This document shows positions 58,861 through 64,000 of a DNA stretch of 64,000 nt, piece by piece; position 1 is the stretch's first letter; every line of letters starts with the position of its first letter. A model generated the notes under the pieces. That model saw nothing but the letters and a program-made list of their open reading frames with translations. It did not search any database and was not told the origin of the DNA. The position numbers were made by a program, and so were the translations under genes. The stretch is taken from sequence record MW812343.1. One strand, 5' to 3'.

Positions 58861-60239
58861 TAGCTGGCAATCGCCCGCACGAGGAAGTAAAGCAACAACG
58901 CATTACGCACCGCAGCTAACGCCGCCGTGTGAGTTAAGTGTGTTTCTTTCTTCACCAGTTTCTCTAAGCGGTCACGCAACGACAACACGTATTCGTTAGT
59001 GGACTTCGAGGATTGGTACAACGCCCGCATCCGGTTTAGCAGGAAAGCCACGTCTTTGAAGTTGATGCGATTTGTCACAATCAAATCAAAGGCGTGGGCT
59101 AAAGCGTCGTTCATGATGCTCTCAACTTCCGCACGCTGTTTACCCAGAGGCAATGAAGCGATGTAGAACAGCACCGTCTTCATGGCAACCGGGGACGCTT
59201 TCGGCACCATCTCGAGTGCCACACGGGCCAACTCTTCTTTGTAGAAGTTGTTGATGTCGTAAGACGAATCAATCAGTGTTTGCTTTGCCGTGTTCAGTGC
59301 CGTGACCTTATCACGAATAATCGATTCGCCATCCAAATCAATGCGTGAGGTCTGACTTAACACACGGGCATTCGAACGTCGTACGGCGTCCAGTACCGCG
59401 TAGTAGTCTTTTACGGTTTGTTTGGTACGGGTGTTCAAGTCCGTGATAAAACGGATAAGCAGATCAGGATGATTGAACGCCTTGACCTCGTTATAATGCG
59501 GACACTCTTTAGACACAAAGTATTCCGCACGGTCGGTCATGTGCAAACCCCAGTTCCCCATGCGACGAATGTCGAACTTGAGGGACAGCATGGAGTAGGC
59601 TGCTTCTGCCGCAGGCAGGTCAACCGGTTTCGGGAAGAAGTGATAGTAGATACTCGAGTAGAACTTGAACTGGAGCAGCTTCACCAAATCAACGGCCGCG
59701 CCGTAAATCTCTTTGTCGGAGAATTTCGGGTACATGGCGTGAATCATGTACGCGATGGTCAGGTTGAAGGTGTTCCCCGCAACGGCCCAATCCGCGTTAA
59801 TGGTTTTGGTCTGCGCGATTTCTGCTTCGAGTAAATCCTCATCCACTTCCAACACTTCGTCGAACAGGCGGTTACGGTCGCTGTCGTAGAAACGAATGGT
59901 GTGCACACCCAGTAGGTTTGAGCCGAACCACTCCACATTCCCTTCGCGGTTGAAAACACCCGAGACGTACAGACGGATTTTGGTCGCCAGCCGACGGTCG
60001 ATGGTAACATTCTTAAAGACGCCATCAAACGCTTTGCGCAGGGCTTCGGTTTTAACGGCTTCCGAGGCCACAATCTGGCCCGCGGGGATATACCCGCCTA
60101 AACCGTAGTCGTAAATCAACCCGTTATCCAGAGGAATGTCCCACTCATCTGGAATGCGATTACGAGACGATTCGCCGACCGCTAATTCTTTTCCATCACG
60201 ATAACACCCCGTCGTGAAGTCAAAAATAAGTTCGGACAT
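58860..60239 (-). CDS. Conserved protein, probably a virion component
   Basis: 459 aa helical ORF, RBS GAGGA; N-terminal leader contains VGE/ASE/KTE motifs resembling protease sites. Confidence 0.55.
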   Translation of the reverse strand: MSELIFDFTTGCYRDGKELAVGESSRNRIPDEWDIPLDNGLIYDYGLGGYIPAGQIVASEAVKTEALRKAFDGVFKNVTIDRRLATKIRLYVSGVFNREGNVEWFGSNLLGVHTIRFYDSDRNRLFDEVLEVDEDLLEAEIAQTKTINADWAVAGNTFNLTIAYMIHAMYPKFSDKEIYGAAVDLVKLLQFKFYSSIYYHFFPKPVDLPAAEAAYSMLSLKFDIRRMGNWGLHMTDRAEYFVSKECPHYNEVKAFNHPDLLIRFITDLNTRTKQTVKDYYAVLDAVRRSNARVLSQTSRIDLDGESIIRDKVTALNTAKQTLIDSSYDINNFYKEELARVALEMVPKASPVAMKTVLFYIASLPLGKQRAEVESIMNDALAHAFDLIVTNRINFKDVAFLLNRMRALYQSSKSTNEYVLSLRDRLEKLVKKETHLTHTAALAAVRNALLLYFLVRAIAS

Positions 60240-60261
60240 AACGATTCCTCTAAAATTTTAC

Positions 60262-60282
60262 GGATAGATATTATCATTTTGA
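60262..60282 (+). promoter_or_regulatory. Early-promoter-like motif (copy 4)
   Basis: GGATAGATATTATCATTTTGA in a divergent gap. Confidence 0.45.
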
Positions 60283-60307
60283 TAATACCATAAGGAGTTT
60301 TTAAACC

Positions 60308-61438
60308 ATGAAAAAATTACTGAGAAAACAAGACTGGAATCATAAGTACCATTCCCCAGAGTTCGACAAATCCACACCGGTGATTGTCTGGAAACTCGAC
60401 CACGGCTGTCTGTGTACCTTACGTACCGTAGGCGGAATGGTCGTTATTGAAAATGGCACGTATTCTGCCGCCAACACCCTACTGGCTCGCTTACTGACGG
60501 AAGCGGGTATTACAGGCGACATCACGATTCATACCACGGCACTCATTCCTCAGAATGTGTCGCGTTGGTTGACGTGGTGGTTGTCAACGGAACCGGAAGA
60601 GGACGACCCGCATCTGCGGACACTCACTATCTCTACCATGGGGCAGATTCCCACCAAGAAGCTGCCATTCCAAGTGAACGTTATTAAACCCGCGACAATG
60701 GAAGCGAACGAAGTGCTTGACTACGTTCGTCAAAGTTCTCGCAATCCTTCGGTTTCACAATTCCTCGTGGAGCACGGAGAACAGGTATATCGTCTGGAAC
60801 CAGAACGTCGGACGGAAGCAAAGATTGTCGACTGTACGTCACGCGGATATGTTTTACGTACCCAGTCCAATCACGTCTTCCTCACGAACATGGTCTCGAG
60901 ACGAATACAGGCGCAACTCAAGGCTAAGAACTTGAGGCCCGAAAACCTCATTGGTGCCACCGTGAGGGTAGAATACACAATGTTTACTGACGGGAACCGT
61001 CTGTGTAACTATAAGTCACCCATTGTGTATCGCTGTACCGATTTGGACACATTGTGTCCAGATGCCATCCCCCCATACGATGGTCCCTTCATGTTCCTTA
61101 GTAACCAGCCATCCAACAACGCGCTGTTGACAGCCACCCGATGTGGACGGGCCAGGATTACACAAAACGGGGATTCTATCATTGGGTGCGATGGGGAGTC
61201 CGATCTGCAACTGTTCCGCTTCACCAGGGGCGTCGAGGATGGCTGCTATGCAGCTACCCTTGAACGGCAAGGGCAGTCGGAGGATTGGCGTTTCGAATCT
61301 GATTTAGCGACAGATGCTCTCGATCCCGAGGCATTCGTCCGATGCGTAGAGAGCCATCTCTTTCATTCAACCGGTTATCTCTTGCGGGGAATCAGACTCA
61401 AATACGTTGATAGGACAAACACCCCAACGATGACATAG
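60308..61438 (+). CDS. Hypothetical protein, degenerate ATP-dependent DNA ligase-like fold
   Basis: VWKLDHG resembles motif I KxDG; LIGATVRVEYTMFTDGN...SPIVYR resembles the ligase OB domain/motif VI; RBS AAGGAG. Confidence 0.4.
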   Translation: MKKLLRKQDWNHKYHSPEFDKSTPVIVWKLDHGCLCTLRTVGGMVVIENGTYSAANTLLARLLTEAGITGDITIHTTALIPQNVSRWLTWWLSTEPEEDDPHLRTLTISTMGQIPTKKLPFQVNVIKPATMEANEVLDYVRQSSRNPSVSQFLVEHGEQVYRLEPERRTEAKIVDCTSRGYVLRTQSNHVFLTNMVSRRIQAQLKAKNLRPENLIGATVRVEYTMFTDGNRLCNYKSPIVYRCTDLDTLCPDAIPPYDGPFMFLSNQPSNNALLTATRCGRARITQNGDSIIGCDGESDLQLFRFTRGVEDGCYAATLERQGQSEDWRFESDLATDALDPEAFVRCVESHLFHSTGYLLRGIRLKYVDRTNTPTMT

Positions 61439-61449
61439 GAGTAAACGAT

Positions 61450-61971
61450 ATGCTTGCTACACCTGCCTATAGTGCCCAACACGTTAATGGTTTGCGTGTA
61501 GTTTGTCAGGACAACCGACTGGCAAATCTATGTGATGAAGGTATCATCACCGCCATGATTAACTACAACCCCTTGGGCGATTACGCTCGACGAAACCCCA
61601 CCGAACTGCTGGCGATAGCAGCGGTACTCAAGCGCATCTTCGGTAGCCTCACGGTTGCTGAACTTAGTCGCTTCATCGACAGCCGAGACGATATCTCGGT
61701 CGGTTTCTTAGCCCTGCTGCAAGACGGTGCAGCCTCTTTTGAAGTGGGCTTAGGTAACTTCCTTGACTTTGAGTCAGGATTCGAAAACGGGGTGTTCTTC
61801 GTAAGTCGAGAACGTTACAACGGGGTGTGGGAGTTCCTGGCTAGATCAGGCGTCCAAATACCGCCCAGTATCCGCAATATGCAGCTGTATGACATCAACC
61901 TTTTCGGGGAACCGGGGTTGTGGGTCAAACCTGTGTATTTGGGAACAGACGGTTCAAGTATCCGATCGTAA
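61450..61971 (+). CDS. Hypothetical protein
   Basis: 173 aa, RBS AGGAG. Confidence 0.75.
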   Translation: MLATPAYSAQHVNGLRVVCQDNRLANLCDEGIITAMINYNPLGDYARRNPTELLAIAAVLKRIFGSLTVAELSRFIDSRDDISVGFLALLQDGAASFEVGLGNFLDFESGFENGVFFVSRERYNGVWEFLARSGVQIPPSIRNMQLYDINLFGEPGLWVKPVYLGTDGSSIRS

Positions 61972-61975
61972 CACC

Positions 61976-62014
61976 AGACTGTACTGCCTTCGGGTAGTAC
62001 AGTCTATTTTTTTG
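61976..62014 (+). terminator. Rho-independent terminator, UUCG loop
   Basis: AGACTGTACTGCC-TTCG-GGTAGTACAGTCT plus T-tract. Confidence 0.9.
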
Positions 62015-62037
62015 TTTGTTTGAATAAAAACAATCTC

Positions 62038-62059
62038 AGATATATATTACCTAGGTGAG
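62038..62059 (+). promoter_or_regulatory. phiKZ-type early promoter (TATATTAC) (copy 5)
   Basis: AGATATATATTACCTAGGTGAG. Confidence 0.75.
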
Positions 62060-62109
62060 ATTGGCCTATCAATCTTAACTCAACCCATTGACTATCGAGG
62101 AAGAAACTC

Positions 62110-62754
62110 ATGACTGATTTTATTCGCGTCCCAACACTGAAAACCCTCCTGCCGGAAAACGCCGATTTGGATTTTCACTACGCCATTAACACGGTGGAGA
62201 AGTCCGCCAGCGAATCAGCTATCGTCACCAGTTGGACGATGATGAAGGAAGGTCATCCTGAGAAGGTCGCTATGGCTGTACAGGAAGGCCACTGCGTGAC
62301 TTTTCCGTTCTTCCTGAACGTAACCCTACCTGAGATGGAAAACATCGCCAAAATGGCGTACAGCGACGTTAAGGTCATTAACGTGTTTTCCAAAGACCAA
62401 CTCCCAACCGCAGAAGGGTGGACGATGTTCACCTGTAACTACAAACCCACCAAAGCCCTCTCCGTGAGTGGTGAGTATTCTTTCGAGCCGCGTGAGGTTG
62501 CAGGCTTGGCGGATATCCACACCTGTCACGGTAGCGCACTGGTTGCGATTGCGCCGGGGTGTTCTGCCCTCATCCTGAAAGACGAAGCACGCAGCGCGCC
62601 ACTCTGGAAGTTGATTGAGGAAATTGCAGCAGTGTCGTATGCCGAAGGCCGTGAGTTTTCGATACAGGCCATGTCGGCGGATTGGGGGATGGCGTTGGAT
62701 GACAACCCTAACTTCGAACTGCACAATGTAACCCTGACGAAAATGTTAGGGTAA
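62110..62754 (+). CDS. Hypothetical early protein, possible GNAT-like C-terminal half
   Basis: 214 aa, RBS GAGG; monocistronic between early promoter and terminator. Confidence 0.7.
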   Translation: MTDFIRVPTLKTLLPENADLDFHYAINTVEKSASESAIVTSWTMMKEGHPEKVAMAVQEGHCVTFPFFLNVTLPEMENIAKMAYSDVKVINVFSKDQLPTAEGWTMFTCNYKPTKALSVSGEYSFEPREVAGLADIHTCHGSALVAIAPGCSALILKDEARSAPLWKLIEEIAAVSYAEGREFSIQAMSADWGMALDDNPNFELHNVTLTKMLG

Positions 62755-62761
62755 GAAAATC

Positions 62762-62790
62762 GGGGAGCTTCGGCTCCCTGTTTTTTTTTG
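62762..62790 (+). terminator. Rho-independent terminator, UUCG loop
   Basis: GGGAGC-TTCG-GCTCCC plus T9. Confidence 0.9.
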
Positions 62791-63790
62791 TTTTTTGTTG
62801 TCCTGTCGTGACTACTCGAGCAAAGTTGTTCACTTTTTAACCATGGGGTAAATTCGCTCTCAAACGGTTTTTGAGATGGGGTTCTACCGACCCAGTACAC
62901 TTGGGTTCCAGATACCCAGTTCGTTAAGCAGAGAGTCGCACAGCGCGAATTTGAGCCGGTTGCAAATCGATTTCCGGGCGAGGGTCGTCGCCGAGCGCCG
63001 CCGATGCCGATCAAACGTTGGGGTGCGCTTGCGCGTTTTCAGGATCAAATTCAGGAATTCTGGACAAACGAATCTTCGTGAGTTTGTCTGAATTTGGTTG
63101 TTTTTTAACCGACTAAACTCCCCGGCCTCTAGCCGGGATCGAGATCGGCTTAATTTAAAAATTTTTATTTTAAAAACAAGCACTTAGGTGAGATCTTATC
63201 CCCGATCCTGAACCCCCTCCGGGGTTCAGGTAAAAAGTCCTTTCATTATACGCGTGCACGCGCACGCCATTTCCTACAGGATCTTTTAAAAGAATAATAA
63301 TTATTATTAAATATATATATCCCGTAGGGATAATATTTAATTATTAAAATATATAAACCCGTAGGGTTTTAAATAACTATCGCGCGTGATCCTTATTACG
63401 AGATCTGATCCGGGAAACGGGGATCGGAGGGAAATCGAATTACAAGTTTTCCCAGTTCTATGCACGACGAACCAAACGCTTGCCCGAATCATCCTCGGGC
63501 CTTTTTCGAGAATCCACGATGCGGGTTCTGGACAAAGCCACCGGGACAGCCTAACACTTCCCAACGCGTTTCAGGTTCCGGTCAGAGACTCGGTGGTTGC
63601 CATCGACGAGACCGGTACCGTGGTAGCCCCGTGTACACCGGAGTAATCTCCAACGGGAGGTTGATCCACATCTTGGCGGCTCGGAAAGACGAGAGGGGGA
63701 TGTCCTCACGCTGTGAAGCGCTGGGATGTCGCTGAATCGGATTTTTTACAAACTTGGGTGTTCCTGTGTTCAAACCCAATCACCAGTACC
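62791..63790. other. ~1-kb non-coding region, candidate replication origin/control locus
   Basis: No credible gene; 11 GATC in 63009-63425, AT-rich core 63284-63380, multiple inverted repeats. Confidence 0.5.
63304..63369. repeat. Two AT-rich direct repeats, each with a CCC-GTA-GGG hairpin (37-bp period)
   Basis: TTATTAAATATATATATCCCGTAGGGATA and TTATTAAAATATATAAACCCGTAGGGTTT. Confidence 0.8.
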
Positions 63791-63802
63791 AGGGAAATCA
63801 TC

Positions 63803-63985
63803 ATGACTCCAGAACAACGTCGCCGCCGCGACGAGGAAGAACGCTGTCGTCGTCAGTCCTCACAACGCGGTTACACGCCGGGTTATAACCCGGTCGATGA
63901 TTCGCCGTACTACGGCGGAGATGATTCGTCACCTTCGGGTTGCGATTCCGGTTCTGACAGTGGCGGCTCTTGCGGCTGCGACTAA
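63803..63985 (+). CDS. Small protein with Arg/Glu N-terminus and Ser/Gly/Asp/Cys tail
   Basis: RBS AGGGA before ATG 63803; 60 aa; next gene starts at 63998 with RBS GAGG. Confidence 0.65.
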   Translation: MTPEQRRRRDEEERCRRQSSQRGYTPGYNPVDDSPYYGGDDSSPSGCDSGSDSGGSCGCD

Positions 63986-64000
63986 GCGAGGTAAACCATG

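Noticed and set aside
62526-63779. Short ORFs across the terminal non-coding region (62526-63014, 62876-63091, 62884-63183, 63337-63779)
   Set aside because: No RBS, atypical composition, and they cross a terminator and AT-rich repeats
1-64000. tRNA, rRNA, CRISPR arrays, IS elements, chimallin or tubulin genes
   Set aside because: None recognised by eye; tRNAscan-SE and HMM searches would be needed to exclude them formally

Overview
This 64-kb window is part of a phiKZ-like (Chimalliviridae-type) jumbo myophage genome. Gene order and an enterobacterial-type thyA suggest an SPN3US/Erwinia-phage-like virus (inference from recalled synteny, not a database search). Conserved core: four pieces of the split virion RNA polymerase (beta-C 11139-11807; beta'-N with catalytic DYDGD 35232-36845; beta-N 36866-41053; beta'-C 42866-43588), UvsX/RecA, RNase H, a 2460-aa gp181-like tail protein with a lytic transglycosylase domain, prohead protease, tail tube and sheath, baseplate/tail proteins and the large terminase. 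Accessory clusters: a putative spanin pair, a run of acidic helical hypotheticals, a nucleotide-metabolism block (NADAR-like, CYTH-like, two MazG-like, ThyA, a mini P-loop protein, and a 66-aa peptide ending in an NrdA-type redox tail), HAD and HD phosphohydrolases, an ART-like protein and a degenerate DNA-ligase-like protein. Regulatory grammar is visible: five early-promoter-like motifs, three TAGTATG late-promoter-like motifs and a family of UUCG terminators. The most striking unexplained element is a ~1-kb non-coding region (62791-63790) with 11 GATC sites, an AT-rich core, two C-GTA-G triloop hairpins with different but self-complementary stems, perfect palindromes and a Z-DNA-prone tract, which is a candidate replication origin or supercoiling-sensitive control locus. 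No tRNA, rRNA, CRISPR array, intron or IS element was recognised. All protein family calls are by-eye motif recognition.
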